A stretch of DNA of 64,000 nt from Mantamonas sphyraenae STR306 (Eukaryota > Protista > CRuMs): contig JAPMXV010000042.1 in assembly GCA_026936335.1 (NCBI GenBank), positions 434,001-498,000 of the forward strand. Reading direction: 5' to 3'. The notes under the pieces were generated by a model, which saw only the letters and a list, made by a program, of their open reading frames with translations, made no database searches and was not told where the DNA came from. The stretch's first letter is position 1; each line of letters begins with the position of its first letter. Below are positions 44,975-58,900 of this stretch, in pieces. Both the position numbers and the translations under genes were made by a program.

Positions 44975-47900
44975 TCACGCCTTGGCCTTGCCCTTGCCCC
45001 GGTTCGCTTCCTTGATTGCCACGCCTTTGCGCAAGAGCTCCTCCTCCTCCTGCTTGGCCATCTCCTCCTCCAACTTGACGTAGTAGTCCCTGCTCAGCCC
45101 AAACTTGGAAAACGCACCGGGCGGCAACTGCTCGCGCAGCGTGCGTACCCACAGCCCAAACAGGAACGCATCTGCAAACTCAATGTCAAACTGGACGACC
45201 TTCGACTTGGCATCCTCCGCCAGGCCAAAGAACACCGTCATGCGCGGCAGCTCCTCGTCCAGCGTCACTCTCGACACCTCCCGCAACGCATACATGCTGC
45301 TGTGCTCCAGCGTCTTGACATCCTTCTTCGAGTTGCCCCAGTTGCCCAGTGACTCCTTAAAGTTGTGGATGTGGCCCTTGGTCAGCACAAACACGCGGTT
45401 CTGCTTCGACCCGTGCGCGTTTGTCTTGATGCCTGGTGTACACAAAAGGACGATTTCCGCGCCCATCTGCTGTGTGATCACGCGTGCTACGTTCTCCTTG
45501 TTCACAAACGTGTCGATGATGGCCTTGGAGAACGCGTGGTCCTCTGCCACGGGTTCCGTCGAAAGACTGCTCAGCAGCGCGCAAAACTCCTCGGCGTCGC
45601 CCAGCTGCTCAGCGCCAAGCACCCACGTGCGCTTGGGCTTGCCTGTCTTGATCACAAAGCGGTAGTTTGAATAGCCCAGCACAAGTTGCTGCACCGCCTC
45701 GTACTCCACGGCGTTCTTCAGCTTCGGGCCGTCGGGGCAGAACTTCTCCGGCCCACACACGGTGCACTTCTTGCCCGCAGGCTCGTTCATCACATACATC
45801 CGCTTGTTGGTAAGTACCAGCAGCCGCGGCGTGCTGCTGCTGCCTGAAACGTGCGCCACCCACTTTTGCTTCAGGACACGCTCAAAATGGCCGTCCACTG
45901 TCATTTCCTTCTGCTGCATGTACCCCTCCAGCGCACGCGTAAACGTACGTTCCTCCATCATTTGCAGCATGCGTGCAAGGTGCGACTCGTGCAGCGAGAT
46001 GCGCTCCAACACTTCCAGGCGGTTGAAGTGTTCCAGCACCTCGTAGCGAACGTTGTCCTGCACCTCCGTGTACTCGGCCACCATGCGAGTTGCCTGCTGC
46101 GCCGCACGGTCGCGCACGTGGAACAGGTGCGTGCTGTCCAATCGGCTTCCGTCCGTCTTGCGCATGCTCTCGATCATCTTGCTGTTGGTCGACTCATGGT
46201 AGAACAGATATCGGATGCACATGTTCAGCGCCTCGATCGGCAGCAAGTGGAAGAAGAGGTACTTGTGGCACGCGTGGTTCACCTCCATCTCCTTGGCGTC
46301 GAAAAAGATGTAGCCCACCTGCACCAGGATCAACGACCACAGCTTGCACGCGTTGTGCACCACAAGCTCCTGCCGCGTCGTCAGGCACAAGCCTTCGTTC
46401 AGGTGATCATCAATTGACTTGATCACGTCCGTCATCATCTGGCATACGATGTCGTACAGGTTCAAGTGCAGCATGTTGTTTGTCGCCTGCGTGTGGTCCA
46501 TACGGAACAGCTCGTACGCCACGTCCAGGAACCGTGCCGCTGCATTGTGGTTGTACCAGTGGCTTGCACGCACACGTTGTGCAAACAGCTGGATCGCGTT
46601 GCTCTCCAGCAGACGCCCGCGCACATACCGAGCCACCTCCCGGCTGTCGCTGTACCAAAGAAGCGCAAGGACGATGCGCATCGTGGCTGCCGTTGACAGT
46701 GATTCGCTGCTCCTTGGCAGCGCAAGCGACATTGCGTTCAGCTTGATCTTGCCCAGCTTCAGCTTGCCTGCCGGCATTTCAAAGTGGCCCAGATCGTCGT
46801 CGTCCAGAACAGAAAACTCCGGCTCTCCCACCTCCATCACAAGCAGCTTGGCACGCGTCTCTTCCATCGCCTTCTTCTGCCTACGTCGTGCCTCCTCATC
46901 CTCGTCCACCTCCTTGGACTCCTTCTTCTTGTTCTTGGCCTCCTCTTCCTCCTTTTTGCGCTCCTCCACGCTGCGCTGTGTCTCCTCCTGTGTCTTTTGC
47001 ACCATCGATGCCAAGTTGCGCGGCGCATAGCGTCCGCGTCCACCCATGTCGTGGGCTGCTGCTGCTGCCGCTGCCGCCGCCGCCGCCGACGACGACGACG
47101 ATCCCTCCGCGTCCACCGTCTCGTACACGGCAATCTCCTCGTCGTCGCTGTCGTCGCTGTCATCGCTGTGGTCGCTGTCGCCCTCCTCGTCTGCCGCACC
47201 GCCTGCACTGCCTTCCAGCAGCGCCTCTTCACCGCGCAGAAAGTCCACCAGCAGGTTCAGCGCGTCGCGGCGCATGAATGTCTCGATCTGTTGCTCGCGG
47301 AACTCTCGCTCGCTCGCAGTCTCCATTTGCAGACTCTTTTTGAACCAGATCTTGCTCTCTTGGTTGTCTTCGTCCTCGGTGGGCGGCCCGCCGTACCTAC
47401 CCTCCAGCACTTCGGCCATGCGGTTCATCACGCGTCCGGCCACATGACCGTCCGGACGCAGCTTGGGCAACACGTCCAACAGACCCTTGATGCCGTTGCC
47501 CAGCGCCGTCCTCTCCAGGAACACCGGACGTTCCTCGCTGCCAAAGTAATCCTCCAGGCGCAACACGTTGCACATGCGTGTCACAGCATCCTCACTCTGC
47601 ATAGCTTCCACGGCGTCAGGCCAGCCGCTGCACGCCAGCAGGTAGCTCACACACGCTCCGCTAAGCGCTGCCTTTTCGTCGCTTTCGTCCTCGCTGTCCG
47701 ATGTGTCTCGCGCTTCGTTGCGCTCCAGCAGGTCCAGCACAATGAGCACCGTGTCCACGTGGTTCTCCCTGAAGCTGATCCCCTCTTCGCCACGGCTCAC
47801 AGCCAGACCCTGCAGCACCTCCAGCACCACAGCCAGCACTTCTTCCGTGCGTCCGCTGCTCACGTCGCGTACGTCCTGCAGGATGCGCACAATGTCCTTC

Positions 47901-50829
47901 ACCTCGCTCGCTTGCAGGTTGTCCTTGGGTACGTTCTTCAGGCAGTTCACTGTCGTCAGTTTGATGTCGTCGTCCGGCACCGTCAGCAGGCCGAACAGGT
48001 ACCGTTCGCGCCCTGCCGTGTCCAGGGCGTCGCACACAGAGCACGCCACGGGCTGCATGCGCACAGCCTCGGCTGCGTAGTATGCAATCAGTGCCACAAT
48101 CTCCACCAACACCTCGTACATGTCCGTGTTCTTCAGGTCCACCAATGGCACCGGTTCGCCCGCCTTGTCCACTGCTCCCGTTTCCTTGCACAGGCGGTCG
48201 TAGCCCTTGCCGTCGATGTACTCCAGCAGAGGCACCATGTAGCCCACGCCATCGGCGATCTTTTGGTGCACGGGCACATCGGGCGTCAGGTGCAGAAATT
48301 GCAGAATGGAGTGCAGTGCGCGCGACAGCAGCTTGTGGTGCACGTTATGGTCGCTGATGATGGACAGCAACTGTTCCAGGTAGTTGCTATTCAGAATAGT
48401 CACCAGGGCGTCCGGCGAGTTTGCACACAGGCCGTCCATGGTGCCGATGATGTGGGACAACCACATGGAGTCTTCCGCCGTCCAGTCTTCGGTCAACAGG
48501 CTCATCTGCTCGTTGCAGTAGTTCAGCAGGCGCAAGTGGATCTCTGTGTCCACGTACTGCTGTGTGGCCTCCGGATCATTGCGCGACTGGTGCTCCACAA
48601 TGCCAATGAGGTCCAAGAAGCGCGCGCTCTTTACACTGCGCTGCTCCTCCTGGTCCAGGATCATGCTCACCTTGCCGGCCATGTCCGCTGTCGTCAACTC
48701 GATGGCGCACGCCTTGTTGCGCGCCGCCGCCTTGACGAGACCCACCACGTCGTCGCTGGGCTCCTCCTTGCTCACCAGCTCCGCCAGCAGCTGCACCACC
48801 GGCAACAGCAGGTCTCCCAAGTCCAGCGTGTCCGACACGCGACGCAGAAAGGCCAACAGGGTGTCCCGTTCCTCCTCGCTCATCAACTTGTTGTTCACCA
48901 GGCCGTCATGCACCACCACCGTCTGCAGACCCTTGCGAATCGCCTCGTGAAAGTTGCCCGCCTCCACAAATTCCATCACTTGTCGCTCGCAAGCTGCACC
49001 CAGCGGGTTCTTGTTCTCCCGCACCATCATCAGACGCAGCAGGACACGTGTAGCCACGGTAGTCATGCTGGCGTAGCCTTCCATCAGCTCCACCGTCGAC
49101 GTGATGAACTCTTCCACCGACGTTTTGGCGTCCTGCTGGTCGTAGTTCATGTGTCGCTTCTCCACAGGCAGGTTCACAAAGCGCACCACTTTGTCTTCCA
49201 GCTGATCCATCCTATCCAAGCCTTCATCCGGCCGCGAAAACGCGTCCAACAGCAGCTGCATCAACTCGCTAAACTTGACGGTGCTCACTGCACCCTTGCC
49301 CTTGCGCCTCCCTGTTCCTTTCCCACCACTTGCTCCCACTTCTCCTTCCGCAAACTCTTCATCGTCGCCTTCGACCACCTCGCCCGCCTCGTCGCCGCTT
49401 TCGTCATCTCCCCCTCCCACACCGGCGCCTGAAGACGAGCCCTCGGCCACCGATTCGCCGTCATCGTCTGCTCCTTGGTGTTTCTTGATGGGATCCACCT
49501 TTTTCTTGCGCTCCTTGCTTGTCACAGGCTCTCCGTCCAGAATCTGGGGCACGAGAGGGGCAGGTGACCGCGAGAGGCAAACGTACACAGGGCGTTTGTT
49601 CGCCAGACGGCCATGACGCAGCAGATCGGGAGTCACGTGTACATGTGTGCGAGAGGGTGTGAGAGGATGCCGCATGTGTAGAGGTGGCTACACGACGAGG
49701 GAGCGTGCTGGGAGGCAGGGCCAAGCAACGGGCCAAAATGCGAGGGGGACGAGTCAGACTCACCTTGAGCGAGGGGATTTTCTGGGCTACGTGGGTGCGG
49801 TAGTCGGGCACATCGACATGCAGCTTGTTGTCGCGCAGGTCGAGAGTGTGCAGCTTGGTACAATGCTTGCCCAGCGACTCCATGGCCTTGACAAAGTCGT
49901 AGGGCTGCATTTTCAGGTTGTTCTTGTTCAGCTCCAAGGTCTTGAGCTTCGTGCATCGTTCCAGCGACTCAAACATCTTGCGGTTGGCCGTCACCACATT
50001 CAGCGACAAGCGCAGATCCTCAAGGGCGGTGCATTCGTTGAGGTCGGGAACACTGGTCAGCTGTGTGTGTGTGTGTGCGCCAGGACCCGTCGAAAGAGGG
50101 GGTTCCACGCCGGGGTCAGCGATTTCCGGCGCTCTGTCGTCCACGCGCCTCACACACACCATCCCGAGCCTGTGCGCTTCCTTGCACAATGCCACACCAC
50201 ACCTACCTGGTTGCTGTTCAGGTTGAGCTCCACCAGCTTCTCGAGGTTGAGCTCCTCCACGTTCTGCAGGTGGTTTTGCGACGCGTCGATGCGCTTCAAT
50301 TTGATGAAGCGGTTGAGCAGGTCGCCGTGAAGCTCCTTCAGCTTGTTTTTGCTGTGCCGCAGCCACGCGCACACCACCCATGCGAAGCTTCAGTGTCAGT
50401 GGCACATGGCACAGCACACCCCCCGCTTCCCATCGCACACAGTCCATAGCAAGGCCCAGCCTGGGAAAAAAAGGCACACGCCCACTCACTTGACTCGCAG
50501 TTCTTTCAGCGCCACGGGATTGACCACGTCCAAGCCCTTCAGGCTTCGCAGCTTGAACCTGAGGGTACCCAGCACACAGAATGGGGTCACGAGGGATCCC
50601 AGCGGGGTCAGCGATGGCACCATCTCTCGCACACGCACACACAGCTCCCCTTGCAAACGAACCGGTCGTCGTCAAAGTAGAGATAGGTCGGGTACTCGGC
50701 AAAGCTGAGGTCGCGGCCACTGAGTTTCTTCAGCGTGTCGCCCTCCAGCGACTTGTACGGCTCCTTGACCTTGACCTCCGCCTTGATGGCGTTCGGCTTG
50801 TTGTTCTTCTTCTTGAACAAGCTCGACAT
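44975..50829 (-). CDS. Large LRR + ARM/HEAT-like + two C-terminal PH-like domain protein (~1,748 aa); exons 50829-50663, 50558-50490, 50351-50207, 50060-49764, 49543-44975
   Basis: LxxLxLxxN repeats with an LRR cap (YRTHVAQKIPSLK-ILDG); long helical region; RLLVLTNKRMYV and QNRVFVLTKGHIHNF PH-like strands. All four introns are phase-consistent. Confidence 0.8.
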
Positions 50830-50891
50830 GGCGTTTTTCGCTGGCTCCGCCAAGGCAAACCCCAACGCGCACAAAACAACTCTCCCCTCGC

Positions 50892-52324
50892 ATGCTGGAG
50901 AATCTCTACCAGGCCTTTGTGGGCAACAAAGGCTTGTATGCCTCTTTATTCTATGGTCAGTCCGCCTTGCCATGCCCGTTGGTGATGATGGTTTCCTGCC
51001 TCTTTGAAGCCCAAGTAGCTTTTTGCGCTCACACCCAACCCGCCCCCGCCCCACTTGCGCGGTCTCCACCCTTGCATGTGTGTCTCTCTACGTGCATCAC
51101 CACCGCCATCCCTCACACATGGCTCTTGTACACCCTCCAACACATCTGCGTATGCTTGCCTTGCTTGCAACGTGCCAATCGCCCTGGCTCTTTGCGCGTG
51201 CGCATTTCTACAGCCGCGGTGTCAATTTGCATCACCTTCTTCAACAAGGCTGTCCTCTCTTACTACCACTTTGCATACTCCAACACACTAACCTTATTTC
51301 AGATCCTCTCCTCCCTGTTCTTCCTCCTCGTCTCCCGTCACATGGGCCTGATCCAGTTCGAAAGCTTTCGCTGGTCGATTGCACGCCGGGTACGTTTCCT
51401 GCACTCTGCTCCCTTGTGTGCACCTATCATCACATCCCCTTCCCTTACCCCCTCCCGTTTCCCGCGTTCTTCATGCCCACTCACACGTCATTTGTTTCCC
51501 CAGGTTGCCCCCTTGTCCTTGTCCTTTGTGGCTATGGTTGTCACGGGCTTGGCCGCGCTCGGCCACTTGACCGTGCCCAACTTCTCCGCACTGCGCCGGC
51601 TGGCCACTTTCTTTGTGATGGTTTCCGAGTATATAATCATGGGCAAGGTTGGCACTGCGGAAGAGATTGGCTCCATCTCCGTCATGGTCCTTGGCGCGTT
51701 TTTTGCCGCCGTGGGCGACCTCGGCTTTTCTCTCATCGGATACACCCTGGTGCTCATCAATTGCCTCGTCACTTCCGCCTATCTCGTGTACATCTCCCTC
51801 CTCAAGCAGGACATGCAACTCAACACCTTTACCCTCCTCTATTACAACAACCTCATCAGTTTGCCCTTTTTGGTCGTCATCCTCCTCGCCACCGGCGAAC
51901 TTGCCGAAGTCATGGAATACCCAAACCTTTTCAACGCAGGCTTCCAGGTACGTCATTTTCTCGTGTCCACCCGCCCTTCGTCCATCGTCATGTCATGGTT
52001 TCCAAGTCCCAAGCTGACCCCACCCCCCCGCCTTCCTTCCCATTGCAGATCTGCTTCTCCATGTCCTCAGCCCTCGCATTCATCCTCAACTACAGCATCT
52101 TCCTCTGCACAGGCCTCACGTCGGCCTTGCACACCAGCATCACGGGCCAGATCAAGAATGTTCTCAGCACCCTCATAGGCTTTGTCCTCTTTGGCGGATC
52201 CAAGGGCATTTCGGCGTTTAATGTGTTTGGAATTGTCATCAGCACCGTCGCTAGCATCTGGTACAGCTACATCAAGTACCAGATGTCCTTGGCCACCGAG
52301 AAAGCCGCTGCCAGCACAGTCTGA
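50892..52324 (+). CDS. Nucleotide-sugar transporter, SLC35D-like; introns 50956-51213, 51390-51503, 51948-52048
   Basis: ITFFNKAVLS; VPNFSALRR; LLYYNNLISLP; LNYSIFLCTGLTSALHTSITGQIKN; multi-TM. Confidence 0.9.
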
Positions 52325-52492
52325 ATGAACACACCTACACTGATTCACCCTCTTTCATTCTCCGTCTTCCGTCTTGATGACAGTCTCGGGTGTTGCATGC
52401 CTGTGTGTCGCTGTGTGTTGCCCTGTGTCCATATGTGTGCGGTCAGTGCCGGCAGAGAGTGTGGGTCCCGACATGAACCGCCCGCTGTGCGC

Positions 52493-52897
52493 TCACGAGG
52501 ACACCATCCAGCCCACATATCCTCCAATGGCACACGAGACACCAGCCATGGCCTTTTCATACTGCAGCGGCTGCCCTCGATTGATCAGAGAAAAGCCAGA
52601 GGAAAAACTATGTGCGGAAAGCAGCACAGGCAGCGTTTGCGCCGCAGGGTCCCATGCCGCAGCCCACCGGATGAGAAGAGTGCACAGAAACACGTGTATC
52701 ACATTGAATGTGGTCATCACGGCGTACGCAGCAGGTGGCCTCGGTCCCACCGTCCAGTCTTCGGGCATTTTGATCCACTGCTTGGATTTCGCCACCAACA
52801 ACACCACACCGACAAGATGGGTGCTCCACAGCGCCACCATCCAAGATCCAAGTAGCCCCACTATGACACGCAATCCAAACAAGAATCCATCCAGCAT
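52493..52897 (-). CDS. Small hydrophobic multi-pass membrane protein (134 aa)
   Basis: ATG-started ORF with ~3-4 hydrophobic segments, filling the gap between SLC35D and XMAP215. Confidence 0.55.
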   Translation of the reverse strand: MLDGFLFGLRVIVGLLGSWMVALWSTHLVGVVLLVAKSKQWIKMPEDWTVGPRPPAAYAVMTTFNVIHVFLCTLLIRWAAAWDPAAQTLPVLLSAHSFSSGFSLINRGQPLQYEKAMAGVSCAIGGYVGWMVSS

Positions 52898-52921
52898 TTT
52901 CCTGGCTCAAACATCGCCAAA

Positions 52922-55900
52922 CTACATTGGGTCTTCCCCCACAGCGGCCAGGCGCTCCCTCAGGTCGGCAAGGGAGGTCGATGTCGCCTTGACGGTGGTT
53001 CCTGTCTCCTCAGAGCCTGTAGTCCCTGTCACCGCCTCCATGCGCTGCTGCAGCGACTTGACCTTGGCGAGGCAGTCTTCTCCTGCGCCAAACCGCTCGT
53101 GCTGGTGTGGTTCTCCACGTTCTCTTTCCCCGACACAGATGCAGACACCACTGTGTGTTTGGATTCAACGACGACGGCGCTGCTGGTTGCTCCGCCAACC
53201 TGGTAGCGCGCTTGCAACTCCGCAAGCCTCCTCTTGAAGTCCTCAGCCGACTTGGAAGCGCCCGCCATGCCTGCTGTGATGCTCTTTGCACTTGTGCTGC
53301 TGCCTGCTGCTCCGCGCTCCTCTTTTTGCGCCAGCTTCTTCAGGTTGCGCTCGATGTATGCCTGAAACGGCTTGGTCGTCTTGGACATGTGGCCCTCAAT
53401 GCTCACCTTCGGGTGCTGCTTGCGGAACTCGTACAAAGCCTGCAGACCCTCGTCGGTCTTTTCTGTGTTGCTGATGTCCTTGAAGATCGAGTCCAGCTCC
53501 GCCTGCGTGTCCACATCCTCGTTCGCCGGCTGTGCCACATCCGTCTCATCCGTCTCCGTGTGCACCACAGCCGACGGCTCCTCCTGTTCCTGTTCCGTTG
53601 CCTTCTCTTGTGTGTCGTCATGCACCTCTGCCTCTGCCGACGAAGCCGCCTGGTTTGCCGCCTGGCCTGCGGTAGCGCTGGCTGGCTCGACAGGAAGGTT
53701 CAACGACTGAAGCACACGCACAACAAACGCATGCACAATGTCATCGCTGTTTGCGCTGGGCAGATACTGCATGACTTCAGTGCCCAGACTGCGCGTCAAG
53801 TGCGACATCAGACTCTTGATCGTCTTGAGAGCATCCGTCTCCTGCTGCTCCCACGTCGCCTTGCCCGGCGGGCATACCTCGAAGAAATGCTGGATGCTAG
53901 CAAAAATGCTGCGCACATCGAGTTGGTGAACGTCTCCCGCTGCCTTGAGCATCTTGGCCAGGCAACGTGTCACAATGCTGTTGAACTTGGCCGGCATGTC
54001 GTGCTCACTGCCGTCGCTGCTGCGAGTCATCGCCTGCACGAGGATGCGGTAGCACATCGAACGGTCGCTGTTCTCCAGGATCTTCAGCATTGTGTTGTTG
54101 GCTGCCTGCAGCACCAGGCCGTCTTCCAGGCTCGGCAGCTGTTCGTTCAGTAGCAGGCACACCACACCGCATACGAGGTCCACCATCGTGTGCTCGTCCA
54201 CTTCTGTGGCCAATGAGCGCTCGCTGAACAGTTGGAACACAGCGTGCAGCAGGTGCTTGAACACACGCACTTCGTCGGCGTCGCCACTCACCTCACGCTG
54301 CATCAGCTCACCCAGCGATGCAACAACGCGTGTCGCATTGTCTCGCAGAGCACGCGTCATTTCCGAGTTGCCGTCGTCGCTACATGCATCAGCAAGCTCA
54401 CGCAGCGCTTGCACTGCCACCACCGCTTCCACGTCCCGAGCCAAATCACGCACCCACATGTCCACCAGGAGCTGCGACTCGTTCACGGAGGCCTTGGACG
54501 GCAGCTGCTCCGAGTGCACGCTTTGCGGCTCCTCCAGCGTCAGGCTTTCGCTCTCCAGTTCCAGGCTCAGGCTCGGGTCCAAGAGCGAGGCCTTGGCCTT
54601 GCCTGGCTGCGAATCCGCTGCCACATCCGACACGTCTGTGCTCGTCTTCAGCATCGCTGGTGCTTCGCCTTCGTCCTGCACCTGCTCCTCTGCTTCTGCT
54701 GAGCTGGCACTGCTCTTGTTGACCGCGCTGTGCACACTGCGGTTTGTGCTTCGGTTTGTGCTCTGATCCAGACTCTTGTCCACGCCCGAGTAAAACTTGA
54801 ACGCCTGTTCCAGGATATCCTTCTGTGCCTCACCCACATTCTTGAGATACTTCCAGGTCTGTTCACCCAGCTGCCCGTACGCGGTGGTCATCACATTCGT
54901 TGCCGCCGTGCGGATGTGGGAATCGCGATCGCCCACCACGTTGGCCACAAAGGGCAACACCTTGCTTGCTGCACACACCTCTTCCACGCCATACTGCTCC
55001 ATCATCGCGCTCACTTCTTCCAAGCACTCCACCTTGGTGCGTGCGTTCTTGCTCTTGATGCCGTCCATCAGAAAGATAAACACCTTGGGTGCAGAATACA
55101 AGCCCGCAAACTGCTGCACTGCCTCGCGCATCTTGCTGCGGATGATTTCCTTGTTGTTGCCCACGTGTTCAATCACACTGGGCATGATGATACCGGCTTC
55201 CCACGCACTCAGCGTGTACTCGGCCTCACGTGCAGCTGCAAACAACGCATCCAGCAAATCCAGTGCGGCCAGAAGCACCGTCGCCTGGCGCTCTGTGACC
55301 CGGATGCTGACATACTTGAGCCACAGGTCGAGGGAGCACACAGCCTCTTGCACCTGCTCCGAGACTGCAGCCGTCACCGTCTTCATGCCAGTCACGTGCT
55401 GTGCAAAGTTGCGGTGGAACAGCTGCGCGTGCACTTCCTCCGACACGCTCTCTCGCATGTCCTCCTTCATGGCATCAACAAGTTCGTCGCGCAGGTCGTC
55501 AAACGCCCACTTGACTCGCTTTTCCTTGCTGGCACGGCTCTTTTTGCCGCGGTTCATCTTCAGCACGCCGCTGGTCGCTGCGTTTGCTGCGCTCTTGCCG
55601 TTGCTGCGTTGTGAACTGGCTTTGTTGACACCGGCACTGCTGGCGCTGCTTGCGCCACTGTTGCCCTTGCTCGGCTTGCCGCTTGTTGTCGACGAAGCGC
55701 TCACGGTCTCCTTCTTGGCGGGTGCTGAAGACGTGCTTGAAGTGCTTGTTGCCACCGTTGTGGCCTTGGTCGTCGTGGCGGCGACCTCTGCCTTTGTCTC
55801 AGCAGCGGTGTCGTTGGCAGCGCCCTGTGTGGACGGTCCCACCAAAGTTCGCCTTGGCTTGGTCGAGCACAGGCTTGACCATGGCCTTGCTGGCCGGCTT

Positions 55901-58900
55901 GAGTGCCTGAGCTGCGTGGTCAAACACATTGCAGTCGCCGGCACGGTCCATGATGATGGGCACAAACGTCTCGGCCATGTGGCGCACGGACGCAGTCCTA
56001 TCTTCCAGACAAGCGACCATGGGTTCAACCAGCTCGCTCACGTCTCCTGATTCGAGTGCAAAGGTCTCGAGGTGTGCGTGCCACCAGCCCAGGGCTGTGG
56101 CTCGGCTGCTTGTGGCTGTGAGGACCGAAGGCATGTAGTGCACACAAGGCTGCATGCCTGTCTGCTCTACCCAAGCGTCCAAAGCCACAAGAGTCGCCTC
56201 CTGCACGTTCTTCTTGTTCGCTGCCAGCATGTTGATCAGCGCCTGCATGGCCATGCGGTTGTACTTTTCGATGGCCGGTCCCACCGCCGAAGCGGTTTTG
56301 CCCAGCAGCTGCAACGCTTTGATGACCAGCAGCTGGTTCGAGTCGTTCAGGCGTGCCTTGAGCCCACTGATCAACGGCTTGACTGTCGCCTCGATGCGGC
56401 GGTTGCTCTCAAGGATGTCGCCAATGGTGTCCATGGCCTCTTTGCGAGTACGCCAGTTGCTGTCACCCAGCTTCTTCATAAGCTTGCTGCTGAGCATACT
56501 GGCAATGTCTGTGCGAGGCAGCTCGATCGCACCTCCAGATGAAGATGCGCCCGAGTTTGACCCGCCAGCAGGGGCAGTGTAGTTTTCCAGAGTGGGCTCC
56601 GGTGCCTCTTGGGACTCCAGCTTGCTCCACTCCTTGTCGTACGTCTGCATCTGTGCCGGCTTGAGGTCGACGAGCATGTCTGCAAGTTGGTCGCCCACAT
56701 ACTTGCGCATGCTCACCAGGATGGCCATGGCGGCCGTCTTGACCTGCGGCTTGGGTGCGTCCATCATCTGCTTGGAGCTCTCCAGAACCAGCGGCAGGTG
56801 GAACTGCCCCAGTCCAAAGGCCTCGACGACGTGAACGCCCCATTCGCATGCACCCACCTGCACCTTGATGTTTTTGTGTGTGCGAGCAGCCTCAAACACC
56901 TGGTTCCAAACAAAATTGGGACCGGCGATCTGGCTCATGTGATCCAAGGTGTCACATGCCACGGATTGAACCTTCATGTCCGCCAGCTTCTCCACGCAGC
57001 CGCTGATCACACGCTTCATGGCGCGGCGCGGGAACTCGGCCTGTGCAAGGGCCAAGTCGTCAAAAACGCCCAGCATCTCCTTGTACACCTGAAAGTTGAT
57101 CTCCTTCCAGCCAGGCTTGTCCGTAAAGTGCACTGCGAGCATGGCTGCCAGTTGGCTGCCCTCCTCGCTCTCAAGCCACTCGGGCAGCTGCTCGCGGATT
57201 GCCTGCATGGCTTCCAGACGCAGCTTCCACTTGCTCTTTTCCTGCAGCATCTGCACTCGTTCTTCACCCAGCAAGGCGACCGATGCCTCCTTCAGTGCCG
57301 AGGCGTCCAGCTCGCCACCAAGCTTGGTGTATTCCTCCTTTCCTGTCAAACCGGATGCCATCTTGGCCGCAGGCTTTGAGGAGGAGGAAGAGGAGGAGGA
57401 GGAGGTGCTGCTCAGCTGCGGCTTAGCGGCCTTGGCGGTCTTGGGGCGCGGGGCCTTGCGCTTTCGCGGTGCAGATGTGTCCGCCTCGATCACCAGAACG
57501 TCGTCCGAGGCCTTTTCGTCTCCAGCGGTTGCGAGAATCTCACTGCTGGTCGTGGATGAGGTTGTTGTCGTGGTAGTTGTTGTTGTTGTTGATGTGCGCG
57601 CTTCGCCTTCCAGCTTGACATTGGCCGAGGGAACGTTGGTGTTGACGTTGGCCTGCTTGGGTGCACCTTGTGCGGCTGTGGATGGCTTGAGATCGCTGCT
57701 TTCGATCAGCTCGTCCACTTTCTTGGCCTTGCTGCTGTCCATCTTGGAAACAAACGGCTCGACGGATGCGCGGTTGACGATGATGGCCACGTCGGCCAAG
57801 ATCTCACAAGCGCTGGTGCGCGTGTCCGGGTTCTTGTCGTCCACACAGGTGAGCACAAAGGGCCCAAGAGTGTCCAAGCGGGCCTTGGCCACCTTGCGGG
57901 TGCACTTGCGCACGCAGCGCTCCAGAAAAGCGATTGCGCGTGCGCGCGACTTGTCGTCCTTGTTCTTGCTGTGTGCCGAGGTGACGCAGTCGACAACGTC
58001 GTCCAGAGAAAGACTGGTGCTCTGGTACATGCGGTCGAGCGCCTCGTCGACAGCAGAGATGACCTGCACCTTCTTGTCCTTGAACTTGTCAAGCAGCACT
58101 GGCAGCAGTTGCTTGCTGTGCGAGGCAAAGGCGGACCGGAGGCCGCGTGCAAGCAGGCCAAGGACCTGCACTGCGCATGCAACCACGTAGATGTTGCTGT
58201 CCTTGGTGATGATGACGCGCAGGGCTGCCACGAGCTCGCCGTAGTCGCTGCTTGCCTTGAGTCGCGGACTCTTTTCCAGCTTCTCTGTGAGCGTCACCAG
58301 CGCCTCTTTGCGCTCACTCCACTTCTTGGCGGCGAGTTGGTCGTATGTGCTGCTCGTGAGTTGCTTCTCGATGCTGACTTCGTCGTACATGTTGAACAGC
58401 TCTTCTTCAGTAGGACCAGCGGCCTGGGCTTCCTGCGCCGCAGAAGTGCCCATCCCACCTGCGCCAGCGCGTGACGCACTGCCAGAAGCAGATGCCAAAG
58501 CCCGCTCGGAGCGGAGGGTGCGTGTGGGTGCTGCGTCGCCGCCGTTTGCCTTGGCAAACTCACTTTCCAGTGATTTGAGAATGGATGAGCGCACATCGGC
58601 AAGTTTGGGCATGATTGCGTCTCCCATGAAGCGATGGATGTTGACGAGGCCCTGCTTGGCGGCACTTTTGACACCTGCGTTGTTGTGTTCGAGGAGACCC
58701 ACGAGGCAAGCGAGCAGCTCCTTCACGGGCTGCTTTGACATGCCAAACGCAAGCACGGCGTCGCCAAGCACCTCGGTGCTGCCCTGAGCCACTTTGGGCT
58801 TCTTGTGCTTGGTGCCTTCGATGGCTTTGAGCTGTGTGTGTGGAGACAGACGAGTGCGGAGAATGAGTCTTGTGCGCCTGGGTTGTTGCATGGGAATCAG

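Noticed and set aside
52374-53237. 287-aa + strand ORF
   Set aside because: It overlaps the XMAP215 C-terminus and the hydrophobic - strand ORF, and has no recognisable motifs.
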